Positions 11,873 through 22,507 of a DNA stretch of 64,000 nt are shown in pieces. Origin of the DNA: Escherichia coli. Its GTDB lineage: Bacteria > Pseudomonadota > Gammaproteobacteria > Enterobacterales > Enterobacteriaceae. The position numbers were made by a program, and so were the translations under genes. Each line of letters begins with the position of its first letter. The stretch's first letter is position 1. The notes under the pieces are model-generated. The model did not search any database. It saw only the letters and a program-made list of their open reading frames with translations, and was not told the DNA's origin. Location of the stretch: NCBI RefSeq assembly GCF_051903065.1, contig NZ_CP178438.1, one strand, 5' to 3'.

Positions 11873-12134
11873 TAGCGAAAATTGATTGTGCCATCCAATG
11901 ATTATCTATGGCAATGATTTACTGATGAAATTTATTTAAGTATCATTTAACAATATGAAATATATAGAAATTTTTAATTTTCAGTGGTTATGGTTATGCT
12001 ATTGATAATCAAGGATATTGCTAATGCCCTGACGCATACCACGTATGCCAGGATTTTCGCAAGGGAAGATGATGATGACGAAACACCCAACAGGAATTTA
12101 TGTCGGGTGTCTTGTTAAGGCCATAAGAAGGAGG

Positions 12135-12740
12135 CTAAGACTGGAGCAAAGAGGGCGTGTTATTAATTATTCTCCATTTGTTTTGCAACTTCTGGAATAA
12201 TTCAGGCAAGAAAGTTTCTGTTAGCGGAATACCATCCTGAGCATCAGTATTGGAATAGACACCAAAGCGTGCGGGCGCTCGACCGGTCATTATTGCGGCG
12301 CGGGAGGGGCCGGAAACACCGTGTGCCACATAGCCGTTAGTAAAACGTACGCCTTCATCCATTAATGAAAGGAGCGTCGGCGTTGATTTTTGTGCAGCTT
12401 CAATGGCTTTATCTATCCCTATTTTGTAGGTATCGACAACTTCACGATTTTCCATTGTTTTTGGGTCAAAAGATCCCTTATCAAAAGGAAGTTGTCCATA
12501 ACCAAGATCATCCATGGTTAGTACGATAATATTTGGCTTTCCTTTGGTACTGTATTCAGTCGGCGTAAAGTCTGAGAAAGCAACGTTTGTTTTGGTTGCT
12601 TTCAGCTTTACATCATCTGCCGCATGAGCAGCAAATGCAGCCATACCAGATGCCAGTATCAAAGATATCGAGGTACTTACGACACTTTTCTTTAATGCAG
12701 ACTTCATAAATGTTCCTCTTCTTATTGTACTTAATTCCAA
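12135..12740 (-). pseudogene. ydeN: Sulfatase (ydeN-like) N-terminal fragment, truncated after about 180 codons
   Basis: 201-aa ORF with signal peptide and sulfatase N-terminal core (IIVLTMDDLGYGQL); C-terminal tail diverges and stops. Full-length sulfatase is about 560 aa. Confidence 0.6.
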
Positions 12741-13039
12741 AGTAATTTTACGAAGAGAAATAAGTGGATGTAAGTGAAGTTAGTCACATAAAGAGATAGC
12801 AGATTTAGCTAAAAAAAGGGAAATAACAGTCCATAAAGCGTTGACATTACTTTCTGTTCTACTAAGTAATTTCTCGCCGATAAACAACTAATATATTGAT
12901 ATTTAATAAATTATTGTATTTTACTGACAAAATGCCGAATTGAGATCATAAATAATCATGCAACAGGTTATGCAAATGCATAAATATGTGATGAATGTCA
13001 CTTATTTATTTCAATAAATATATCGCCTAAAAACAACGC

Positions 13040-13060
13040 GGGGCAGGGAATGACTGCCCC
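13040..13060. terminator. Bidirectional rho-independent terminator downstream of ydeO
   Basis: Stem ggggcag/ctgcccc with 7-nt loop, flanked by T-runs on both strands. Confidence 0.5.
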
Positions 13061-13110
13061 ATTTTTAATTTTTAAGTAGGGTGCGTGGTTGACTACTCGT
13101 TAGCAAATAA

Positions 13111-13872
13111 TCAAATAGCTAAAGCATTCATCGTGTTGCCCGTATTCATACCCATGTGACTTTGACAACGGTACTCCTTAGAAACTCTCTTCGGACTGTT
13201 GCCGAAATGTTTGCGGAACGCATAAATAAAATAAGATGTACTGGCATAACCACATTGTTCGGCAATTTTATTGACTGAACCTTCTACGCGTATCAAATTT
13301 TTTGCGTGCTGCATTCTGGCATCTAATAGAATCTGTGAGAATGTCGTTTGCTCTTGCTTTAGTTTTTTCTTCAACAGGCTTTCACTGATGTACAGGCAGT
13401 CACAAATATCTTTCAGCTTCCATGGGTGCGCCAGCTTCATGTTGACAATATTTCTCACTTTCCCGGAAACGGATAGCACACCGTTAGTTAATAGTGTAAT
13501 GAAACCTTTGCATGCGGCAAATATAGACAGGCAAGAAAAAAGCAAAAGTTCTGAAAAATTATGATGATTGCGTTCTTCCGAGTTGAGATAAGCAATCATT
13601 TCATTAAGCAATCCAGTCGGTACATTTGAAGCACGTAAAAACTTCGCAGGAACAGGCACCGTCACTGTCTGGATGTTAGTGCATTGTAGATATTTTTTAA
13701 TGGTATTTTCATTAAATCCGATTTCTTTAAAATGCCGCTCATAAGGTTCAAAATGTGTACGAACAGCGTTATCTACCATCAGGATCTCGCCGTCAGAGAA
13801 GGCGTAATCTTTATCTAAAATGTTAGCGTTGAAAGCATGATGAATAAATATAACAGAACAAACGAGCGACAT
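13111..13872 (-). CDS. ydeO: AraC-family acid-resistance regulator YdeO
   Basis: 253 aa; C-terminal AraC HTH; position after safA. Confidence 0.9.
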   Translation of the reverse strand: MSLVCSVIFIHHAFNANILDKDYAFSDGEILMVDNAVRTHFEPYERHFKEIGFNENTIKKYLQCTNIQTVTVPVPAKFLRASNVPTGLLNEMIAYLNSEERNHHNFSELLLFSCLSIFAACKGFITLLTNGVLSVSGKVRNIVNMKLAHPWKLKDICDCLYISESLLKKKLKQEQTTFSQILLDARMQHAKNLIRVEGSVNKIAEQCGYASTSYFIYAFRKHFGNSPKRVSKEYRCQSHMGMNTGNTMNALAI

Positions 13873-13945
13873 TTTATCTCCTTAAAACAATAAAGTTTTA
13901 TCGATACTTTTTTAACATTTCATATTTATAATTTGCTGTTTATTT

Positions 13946-14143
13946 TCAGTCTTGCAAACTATTGATAATGAAATGTGTAAGATCTCTTGCAATGCGACCC
14001 ATTTCTGAAATACCCAGCTGATCAATTGCCGAAAAAATGGCTATCAACGTAAGTGTCAGTAATAAGACAACCACAATTACAGACATGATTTCTTTATAGT
14101 TGTCTCTTTGTGTGATTTTATTTTTCACTGTGGTCGCATGCAT
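13946..14143 (-). CDS. safA: Two-component connector SafA (small membrane protein)
   Basis: 65-aa ORF with single TM segment, recognised sequence. Confidence 0.85.
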   Translation of the reverse strand: MHATTVKNKITQRDNYKEIMSVIVVVLLLTLTLIAIFSAIDQLGISEMGRIARDLTHFIINSLQD

Positions 14144-14255
14144 TTCAAATATGTTTATTTAGCGGATAACGTTAAAAATCGTTAATCAGTATGCTTAATA
14201 TAACAGGCTGGAAAAAAGAGGAAATAGGACTGGTGCTTCAGTACTGAGCGGAGTT

Positions 14256-14273
14256 TCTTACAGCTGTAGGCAG
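14256..14273. promoter_or_regulatory. EvgA box upstream of safA-ydeO
   Basis: TTCTTACAgcTGTAGGCA matches the 18-bp EvgA inverted-repeat consensus TTCYTACA-N2-TGTARGAA with one mismatch. Confidence 0.6.
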
Positions 14274-14390
14274 AAGTTTAAATCTTATAGTATGTAGTTT
14301 AATTTAATCCATGTGAGCAAATTGCGCGATAATAGTCAATGAGGAATTCTTCTGCTGTGCGGATGACAGCAGAAGAAATGAGAAGAGGCA

Positions 14391-14554
14391 TTAATTTGAT
14401 GGTTCTAATTCAACCGGAATACTTTTATAGCCAGGAATGCCACTTAATGGATCGTGGTTATCAAGTGTTAGCATGTGATTCGATTCTGGAAAATAGGTCA
14501 CCAGTGAGCGGTCAGCCATAGGGTAAATGACCACTTTTAATCTATCCATGCGGC
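14391..14554 (-). pseudogene. ydeP: ydeP 3' remnant (last 51 codons plus stop) separated from the gene body by IS1
   Basis: Hand translation of the minus-strand frame continuing across the TSD gives [55 protein letters not shown]; 708 + 51 = 759 aa, the expected YdeP length. Confidence 0.75.
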
Positions 14555-14609
14555 GGTGATGCTGCCAACTTACTGATTTAGTGTATGATGGTGTTTTTGA
14601 GGTGCTCCA

Positions 14610-14885
14610 GTGGCTTCTGTTTCTATCAGCTGTCCCTCCTGTTCAGCTACTGACGGGGTGGTGCGTAACGGCAAAAGCACCGCCGGACATCAGCGCTATC
14701 TCTGCTCTCACTGCCGTAAAACATGGCAACTGCAGTTCACTTACACCGCTTCTCAACCCGGTACGCACCAGAAAATCATTGATATGGCCATGAATGGCGT
14801 TGGATGCCGGGCAACAGCCCGCATTATGGGCGTTGGCCTCAACACGATTTTACGTCACTTAAAAAACTCAGGCCGCAGTCGGTAA
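14610..14885 (+). CDS. insA: IS1 InsA
   Basis: 91-aa [26 protein letters not shown]..., zinc-finger CxxC...CxxC. Confidence 0.95.
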
Positions 14886-15307
14886 CCTCGCGCATACAGC
14901 CGGGCAGTGACGTCATCGTCTGCGCGGAAATGGACGAACAGTGGGGCTATGTCGGGGCTAAATCGCGCCAGCGCTGGCTGTTTTACGCGTATGACAGGCT
15001 CCGGAAGACGGTTGTTGCGCACGTATTCGGTGAACGCACTATGGCGACGCTGGGGCGTCTTATGAGCCTGCTGTCACCCTTTGACGTGGTGATATGGATG
15101 ACGGATGGCTGGCCGCTGTATGAATCCCGCCTGAAGGGAAAGCTGCACGTAATCAGCAAGCGATATACGCAGCGAATTGAGCGGCATAACCTGAATCTGA
15201 GGCAGCACCTGGCACGGCTGGGACGGAAGTCGCTGTCGTTCTCAAAATCGGTGGAGCTGCATGACAAAGTCATCGGGCATTATCTGAACATAAAACACTA
15301 TCAATAA
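14804..15307 (+). CDS. insB: IS1 InsB (expressed as InsAB' by -1 frameshift)
   Basis: 167-aa ORF overlapping insA in the -1 frame. Confidence 0.9.
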
Positions 15308-15322
15308 GTTGGAGTCATTACC

Positions 15323-17447
15323 CCATGCGGCGTGAGCTGCGCTTACCGTCTGGCGTAAGCGCAATAAGATTAACTCTTTCGCCGTTTTTTACACGGCAAA
15401 TTTTAGCTTGTTTAGCACTCATAAAGACCACATCTCGTTGACCGAATACCCCTCGATAGCGATCATCCATACCATAAATCGTCGTGTTGTACTGATCGTG
15501 GCTGCGTACTGTCGCCATGACCAGCTTACTGTTAAACGCTGAAGAGGGATCTTCTAACAGCCCTTTGCTGGTAATGAAATTAGCCTTACCTGACGGCGTC
15601 ATCCAGCGCCTTTCAGCAGCTGCATTTATCAGGTGAAAACCACCGGGATGACGGATGCGCTGGTTATAGTCGGCGAACTCTGGCAGCACAGCTTCAATGT
15701 CGTTGCGAATGCGATCATAATCTTCCACCAGATACTCCCAGGCTACCACGCTCTGGGGTAGTGCTGCCTGTGCGATTCCCGCGACCACTGCACACTCTGA
15801 TTTCAGCATTACACCGGCGGGTTTTAACACGCCACGCGAGGCATGAATCATCGACATTGAATCCTCAACGGTTACCGCCTGCGCACCGCTTTTTTGCATG
15901 TCAATCTCGCTACGTCCCAGAACCGGCAGAATATAGCTATGCCGTGCGGTCAGCAGATGAGAGCGGTTAAGCTTAGTGGCTACGTGTACCGCCAGATCTA
16001 ATTGCGTTAACGGTACAGCGCTCGCTTCCCGATCTGGCATTGCCAGTGCAAAGTTGCCCCCCATGCAGATCAATGCTCGAGCCTGCCCTGTACATATTGC
16101 TTGCATGCTGGCAATTGCAGCATGTCCAGGTGCTTGAGGTGGTGTGAAGCCATAGCGCTCACCCAGGCGAGCCAGAAACTCTGCAGACGGTTTCTCGGTG
16201 ATACCGACGGTTCGGTCGCCCTGTACATTAGAGTGGCCACGTAGTGGGCAGATACCCGCACCAGGCTTGCCAATGTTACCTTTCATCAACAGCAGATTGA
16301 CCAGTTGCTGTACATTCTGGGTACCATGTTCGTGCTGAGTGATCCCCATTCCGTAACAGATAATGGTTCGTTCGGCAGCGGCATATGCATCAGCCAGTTC
16401 GGCGATTTGTGTCTGACTTAGTCCAGAAATACGTTCGATATCTTTCCACTCGGAATTGAGCACGTCACGGCGTAGCTCGTCAAAGCCGACGGTATGCGTT
16501 TGAATAAATTCGTCATCCAGCAATGAGGGCCGACCTGCGGCGCTTGCAGCATCATCGCGCTCAATTAACAGGCGCATCATCCCCTTGAGCAACGCCATAT
16601 CACCACCAATGCGCACGTTATAGTAGGCACTGGCCAACTGAGTCTCAGAGTTCGTCAGCATTTCAAACGGGTTTTGCGGTGCGGTAAATCGCTCCAGGCC
16701 ACGTTCCTGTAGAGGATTGATGGCGATCATTTTCGCTCCCCGTTTCACTAAAGCGCGCAACGAAGTCAGCATGCGAGGGTGGTTTGTACCAGGGTTATGC
16801 CCAATGCAAATGACTAAATCGCACTTCTCAAAGTCTTCCAGCAACACGGTCCCTTTACCTACACCGATACTCGCTGCCAAACCCACGCTTGTCGGTTCAT
16901 GGCACATGTTGGAGCAGTCGGGAAAGTTATTGCTCCCGTATTCACGGGCAAAAAGCTGATAAAGAAAGGCAGCCTCATTGGAAGTGCGGCCCGAAGTATA
17001 GAATTCAACCTGATTGGGATCACTATAGCTTTGAAGGCGTGCGCCAATTTCATCGAAAGCTTGTTGCCAGCTTAATGGCTTGTAACAGTCGCTGACGGCA
17101 TCATATTTCAAAGGCTGAGTGAGTCGCCCCGCAGCCTCAAGCTCGTGGTCTCCCCAGGTAAGTAATGATTGAACCGTATTCTCAGCAAAGAAAGAGGCGT
17201 TTACCTGCTTATCCGTGACTTCCCAGGCGATTGCTTTTGCGCCGTTTTCACAAATGTCGAATGACGCACTGTGCTTAGGATCTGGCCATGCACAACCCGG
17301 ACAGTCAAAGCCCTCTGGCTTATTCATGTCAAACATGGCAATAACATCCTGGCGTATATCCATCTGCTTACGTACTGCATTCGCTACGGATTTAACAGCA
17401 CCCCAACCACCGGCAGCTCCCTGGTAGGATTCAATTTTTTTCTTCAT
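15323..17447 (-). pseudogene. ydeP: ydeP (molybdopterin oxidoreductase, acid resistance) 5' part, truncated by IS1
   Basis: ORF 15318-17447 encodes the first 708 residues of YdeP and then terminates on a stop codon supplied by the IS1 end. Confidence 0.85.
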
Positions 17448-17690
17448 CTACTTATCCTGTGTGGAAATGAATTATTAGGATTTGTAATAGCGATGATGCA
17501 CAGTACATACAAAGGGATTATCGCCAACATGGATATATAAGAGTAGGGGACTACTCTCTTTCTATTTTTAATCTATTATCGTTAAACAATAGATTAAATA
17601 CGATAAGGTAAGCATCATCTCTCATAGTGTTTAAATTAACATATTTTTTAATATAAAAAATAAGACTCTGGCTTCAATTGTGCGCGGATT

Positions 17691-17710
17691 TTCTTACAGG
17701 TGTAGGATAA
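17691..17710. promoter_or_regulatory. EvgA box upstream of ydeP
   Basis: TTCTTACAggTGTAGGAT(AA) matches the EvgA consensus; about 245 bp upstream of the ydeP start. Confidence 0.6.
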
Positions 17711-17780
17711 TAGCCTTCACAAAATAATTATCCGCGCAATTTTCGTGAATGGAGCGCATAGACCAATGTCAAAATCACAA

Positions 17781-18695
17781 TTATTCATAGATAAAAGTGA
17801 CACCAATGACTGACTGGACGGTTCCGGCTGAAACCTTGTTTCCTGTTTGTCCATAGGTTGCGCTTAAACCCAGAGGTACTTTGCTTTTATTTACTGTCCC
17901 CAGGGAGACATTTTCTCCCGTAGCCAGTATTTTTCCATTACGCATCAGAGAGACACCCACTCCCGATGCTTTTGTTGCATCTGGTGCTGTGTTAGCAAAC
18001 ACTTGTCTAGCACTGTCAGTGGTAGCACCCGAAAGATAAAATGAGAGCTTTTGTTCACTTGAGCAATATACGCCAAGGGGGATTTCTGCGCTTCCAGGAA
18101 AGTCCGGGAGATTCACGGTGACATTACGACTATCAACAGTGCAGCCGCCTGTTGGCATAACAACACTGTTATTTGAAATAATATTCCACGTAAAATTACG
18201 CGGATTTCCGCTTCCTAACGTGGCAATTTTATACATATGAATACGGGCAATAACTTCCCCGGCTTTTATGACAACTCCACCGGCCGCCCCGACTGGGGTA
18301 ATATAGAGTTTTAACGGTAATGGCATCGGTGTCTTATCACCAATATCCAATACGTTTGTATTTGTCGTCAACGGGAAGGGGTAGGTCACATTATTCCAGT
18401 ACAGCGATCCTTTATATGACTGTAGAGAGCCTGCGAAAGCTGAGCCTTGTACCAGGTTTATATGATCAGTGTCGTACCAGCCGCCGTAATCATTCCAGCA
18501 ACTTATATGCTGAGACAAGTCTACAACCAGATTCTGGCCCGGCTGTATTACAGGGTCGAGATTAACATAAACAGAGGTTGTACCAGCTCCAATACTTGAC
18601 CCGCCATCGACATTACAACTGAAGGCAAAAACTTTGCCTGCCATTAATAGAAGATAAATACCGAACAGGACCTTTATACTGATTGTTTTACCCAT
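17781..18695 (-). CDS. ydeQ: Fimbrial tip adhesin, FimH-like (YdeQ/FmlH-type)
   Basis: 304-aa ORF with signal peptide; last gene of the chaperone-usher operon. Confidence 0.8.
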   Translation of the reverse strand: MGKTISIKVLFGIYLLLMAGKVFAFSCNVDGGSSIGAGTTSVYVNLDPVIQPGQNLVVDLSQHISCWNDYGGWYDTDHINLVQGSAFAGSLQSYKGSLYWNNVTYPFPLTTNTNVLDIGDKTPMPLPLKLYITPVGAAGGVVIKAGEVIARIHMYKIATLGSGNPRNFTWNIISNNSVVMPTGGCTVDSRNVTVNLPDFPGSAEIPLGVYCSSEQKLSFYLSGATTDSARQVFANTAPDATKASGVGVSLMRNGKILATGENVSLGTVNKSKVPLGLSATYGQTGNKVSAGTVQSVIGVTFIYE

Positions 18696-18754
18696 GATAT
18701 ATCCTAAGGTTAAAAAATTGATTTAAAAAGAAGGCTAAGAAAATCGAATCGACG

Positions 18755-19258
18755 TTATTGCCAGGTGTAGATCACATTGATTAGCGCCTCGATCGTTCCC
18801 TGGCTTGCATTTCCATTCACCGTGATAGCTCTTGCCTTAAGTGGAAACTGTGCATTACGAGTGATCTCATCAACAATAACCGTTTTGCTATCGCCATTTT
18901 TTAACGTCGCATCCTGGTCATCCCTCAGCTCTATCTGAATATTTTCGGCAGTACCTTCATTTTTGTAATAACCCGTATTGTCAGTTGAACCTGTCACGAT
19001 TGCCGTCACTGCACTTGTTTCAGCCGGACAATCGGTTAATGACAAAGTAATATTGTGCCAGCTAGATGCAGAACCAGGTTGTTGCAGATTGCGCGTATAA
19101 AGATCCCCGAGATTAACGTTAGCTTCTTTGGTTTGAATAGTGCAGGGTTTAGCGACTACCCGACCATTAACAGTGATAGTGACATCGGCGGCCTGGAGAG
19201 TTGCTGTGAATAACGCGCAAAACGTAGCTAACAGGAACCTCTTGTGAAGTCTTTTCAT
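18755..19258 (-). CDS. ydeR: Fimbrial minor subunit
   Basis: 167 aa, signal peptide, pilin-like. Confidence 0.8.
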   Translation of the reverse strand: MKRLHKRFLLATFCALFTATLQAADVTITVNGRVVAKPCTIQTKEANVNLGDLYTRNLQQPGSASSWHNITLSLTDCPAETSAVTAIVTGSTDNTGYYKNEGTAENIQIELRDDQDATLKNGDSKTVIVDEITRNAQFPLKARAITVNGNASQGTIEALINVIYTWQ

Positions 19259-19270
19259 ATCTGACTCTGA

Positions 19271-19801
19271 TTATTGAAATTCAAGGGTAAAGGTTGCCGA
19301 AGCCCTCACCAGTCCCGGATTGACGGACTTCTGAGTTGACTTCAGACGAGCGGAGTAAGGCAAAATATTGTTCTGTTCTGGTACCAGTGGGATCCACTGC
19401 ATCCCGGCATGAAGGTCATTCAGTTTCACCGGACGCATATTTCCGTCCAGTATTTCTATACCTAAACCGGAGGCCGTATTGCTTCCCTCATCCAGTTTCA
19501 ACAGAGTATTATTTTCTGCATCCTCAATACCGTTAAATGCAACCCGAACCCCCGTTGTCCCTTTGCTGCATTCACTTAACGTAATCTGAAAAGGGACGGC
19601 TGGACTTGTGCTACCGGTCGTTGGAAATTGTCTGGCACTGTTTTTTTGGAGATCTACGGTAAAATTAAGCGAATCCGATGAGACTGTGCAGCCATAATCG
19701 AGGACGCGCCCGCTAATTTTAATAACGCTATCTGCGGATAAAGCAGAATAGGTGGTTAACCCCAGACATAAACCGAGGAAAATAACGTTATTGTATTTCA
19801 T
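19271..19801 (-). CDS. ydeS: Fimbrial minor subunit
   Basis: 176 aa, signal peptide, pilin-like. Confidence 0.8.
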   Translation of the reverse strand: MKYNNVIFLGLCLGLTTYSALSADSVIKISGRVLDYGCTVSSDSLNFTVDLQKNSARQFPTTGSTSPAVPFQITLSECSKGTTGVRVAFNGIEDAENNTLLKLDEGSNTASGLGIEILDGNMRPVKLNDLHAGMQWIPLVPEQNNILPYSARLKSTQKSVNPGLVRASATFTLEFQ

Positions 19802-19814
19802 AATCTCTTGTTCC

Positions 19815-22466
19815 TTAGCGACAGATTGCTGTCTGCTGGTTCAGTAAGGTTCCAGGAGAGACTTCCGGAAGCTTGTACTCGACAATACAGTTTGAGTTTT
19901 TATCATTGCCCCATGAAACCTGTAATTTCCCTGACTGTGGAAGTCCAGTCAGATAAACCTGACCGTTTTCTGCGACAATGCTGCCATTTTTATTCTCTCC
20001 GTGTGTGACAATTGCACCGAATGGAACGCTCTTATTACCGTACTTCAACGTCATTAATACTTTTCCGCCGATTTGTGCATTAAATGTTGCTCTGGCAATA
20101 GCACCGTGAGTTGGGATGACAGTGACCACGGTTTCATCCAGTTCAACATTATCTGCAAGAGAATTCGCGTTAAGAGCGACACGATTTTCTCTATATTCTG
20201 TCGCAAATGGTAATATGGCATAGCCACGCCAGTCGGTATGAATTCCGGTCTGGTTCTCTATTTTGACATTATCAGCGCCAGGAGCCTTAACCAGAACCAT
20301 TGTGTCGCCCAGCGGCTGTCCAAAGGTGATGCCATCAGCATGAGCAATAATCCCACCACTCATTCCGTAATAAATCTGGCTGCTGTCACCACTCCGACTG
20401 TAACCGACATTAGTATTACCGTAAGCTCCACGATAATTAAGAGAACTGTAACCACTGGTGCCAGACGATGTATTACCTCCGTGGGTGTTACCGACCTGAA
20501 CGCTATAATTCAGGTTATTATCCGGCAGCAGAGTGCCATAAACCCCCGATAGATTGGTCATGCCGCCTTTCAAATCGTTTGACATACTGTAACTGGCGTT
20601 TGAATTACGAAATGCCGACTGACTGTCTGTACGCATCCAATGACTGAAGGGAACATTAAGCGTAAAAGCGAGTAAATGATCCCGATCGTTTTGCCATATA
20701 TTATTGGAATAGCTGTAATTCAGCGAAGTCGTAATATCACCAAACGGCACATTTAATCCAAATGATATTTGCTGGTCGCTGCGTGACGTGTTCCAGTAAC
20801 TTTGGCGACTGGCACTGAAAAATGTCGTACCGTAATTTCCAAGCTGCTGAGAGATGCTTATTTGTTCCTGACCACGCTTACTGTAGAACAGATTAAAATA
20901 ATCAATAAATTGTGTCTGCTCATTGCTGTCTCCGGTAGGAGGCTTGACGGTGTAACCACTCATTCGACTGTAGGCACTGTCGGATAAGTTATAAAAACCT
21001 TGCGTAGAATAGCGATATCCTGCGACCTGGATATTGGTTCCTGTCTGGTAGAAGGATTTGCTGTAGACGGATTTAACCGATTGCCCGCTGTGACGGGTGC
21101 CATCTGCAAGTGTCGTATTGGCCTGCGTGATATCGAAAGAAAAGGCACCAAAAAGTCCTAAATCTTTACCAATACCAAGGTTGAAGGCCTGATAATCTTC
21201 TGCAATTTGCATTCCGCCATAAGGTGTCCAGTTTCCTTCCAGTCCATGCATCAAGCTACCTTGTATGAACCTGGGGGAGCTTTGCAGGTTATTTCCACTA
21301 CGATATTCCCCCATGGCAAGCGCATAACGCGTATATCCAGCACGTTGGAGAACCGGAACAGACGAATAAGGAACATATAATGTCTGAATACTGCCGTCTG
21401 CCTCTTTTATGGTTACTTGCAGATCACCACCATTGGCCGCAGAGTTGATATCATCAATAGTAAAAGGGCCGGGTGGAACAGTAGTCTGATAAACATCGTA
21501 TCCGTTCTGTTTTACACTCACTTGTGCGGTGCCACGGGCAATACCATGAATCACCGGAGCGAAACCATGTTGGCTATCGGGCAACATCGCTTCTGTTGAA
21601 TTTATTTTGAGGCCACGAAAGTTCACACTATCAAAAATATCGCCATCGGTATAACTATCACCTACCGTTAACCGTGAGCGTAAGGGAATAATGTCACGTT
21701 CAGCCGACGTATTGATATGCTGCCATTTATTGCTGTCAGATGAATTGCTACTCCCACTGTTATAACTCCACGTTGAGTTATCGCGCAGTCGCCAACTACC
21801 AATGTTGATGCCACTCTGTAAATTCAAATATGCATAGTTTGATTTTCCTGCATTATGGTTACTACGATTATTAATAGAATTACCATTAAAACTATAGTTT
21901 AGAAGCCCTGCATTTATTCCTTCTTCCCACAGATCAGGAGAAACATAGCCGCGAGCCATTCTGCCAACATAAATTTGCGGAACGGAGAGTGACAGATGTT
22001 GCTGACCAACATCAAACTCAGTTGATGCGTCGACCAAACGATCCTGAAGTGGTGTGCATGCGCTGTTGTCCGGCACATGTTTTTCTGCTGAATGTTCCTT
22101 ATTGTCTAATAACGCAGATTTTTTTATGCCAAGACTGACAAGAAGATCTGTACTCAGGCATGGGATGAGATCTGCATTATTATCATCTGCAATAAAAGTA
22201 ATATCCCGACTAGTCATAAATTCGTCGTTCAAATAAATGTCGACCCGATATGTACCAGGTGGTGCCTCGCGTCCCTTAGTAAAGGCGGATAAATCGACAG
22301 ATTCAGCAAGATCATTGCTTAAAAATCGTGGATTAAAATAATACTCTGCGTAAACGGGAAATACCGCAGTTGCTAAGCCAAGGGCAATCGTAAGCCGTGC
22401 AAAGCGAGGCAGTAGTAACACCTGATGCATACGATATGCCTTAAATGCGGCACGAAAGGCTGTCAT
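19815..22466 (-). CDS. ydeT: Fimbrial usher (FimD-like), full length
   Basis: 883-aa ORF with usher N-terminal, barrel and C-terminal domains; a pseudogene fragment in K-12 (memory) but a single intact ORF here. The true start may be the internal MHQVLLL. Confidence 0.8.
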   Translation of the reverse strand: MTAFRAAFKAYRMHQVLLLPRFARLTIALGLATAVFPVYAEYYFNPRFLSNDLAESVDLSAFTKGREAPPGTYRVDIYLNDEFMTSRDITFIADDNNADLIPCLSTDLLVSLGIKKSALLDNKEHSAEKHVPDNSACTPLQDRLVDASTEFDVGQQHLSLSVPQIYVGRMARGYVSPDLWEEGINAGLLNYSFNGNSINNRSNHNAGKSNYAYLNLQSGINIGSWRLRDNSTWSYNSGSSNSSDSNKWQHINTSAERDIIPLRSRLTVGDSYTDGDIFDSVNFRGLKINSTEAMLPDSQHGFAPVIHGIARGTAQVSVKQNGYDVYQTTVPPGPFTIDDINSAANGGDLQVTIKEADGSIQTLYVPYSSVPVLQRAGYTRYALAMGEYRSGNNLQSSPRFIQGSLMHGLEGNWTPYGGMQIAEDYQAFNLGIGKDLGLFGAFSFDITQANTTLADGTRHSGQSVKSVYSKSFYQTGTNIQVAGYRYSTQGFYNLSDSAYSRMSGYTVKPPTGDSNEQTQFIDYFNLFYSKRGQEQISISQQLGNYGTTFFSASRQSYWNTSRSDQQISFGLNVPFGDITTSLNYSYSNNIWQNDRDHLLAFTLNVPFSHWMRTDSQSAFRNSNASYSMSNDLKGGMTNLSGVYGTLLPDNNLNYSVQVGNTHGGNTSSGTSGYSSLNYRGAYGNTNVGYSRSGDSSQIYYGMSGGIIAHADGITFGQPLGDTMVLVKAPGADNVKIENQTGIHTDWRGYAILPFATEYRENRVALNANSLADNVELDETVVTVIPTHGAIARATFNAQIGGKVLMTLKYGNKSVPFGAIVTHGENKNGSIVAENGQVYLTGLPQSGKLQVSWGNDKNSNCIVEYKLPEVSPGTLLNQQTAICR

Positions 22467-22507
22467 TATTAATTCCGATTGAGTTTATTATTAATTAGGT
22501 CACTGGC

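Larger units (their letters stand above)
14555..15322 (+). mobile_element. IS1 insertion sequence (768 bp) with 9-bp target-site duplication
   Basis: Ends GGTGATGCTGCCAACTTACTGAT ... ATCAATAAGTTGGAGTCATTACC; insA/insB inside; flanked by identical CCATGCGGC at 14546-14554 and 15323-15331. Confidence 0.95.

Noticed and set aside
12063-12182. Short plus-strand ORF (MMMTKHPTGIYVGCLVK...) at the sulfatase deletion junction
   Set aside because: About 40 codons, no ribosome-binding site context checked, and no recognisable family; probably fortuitous.
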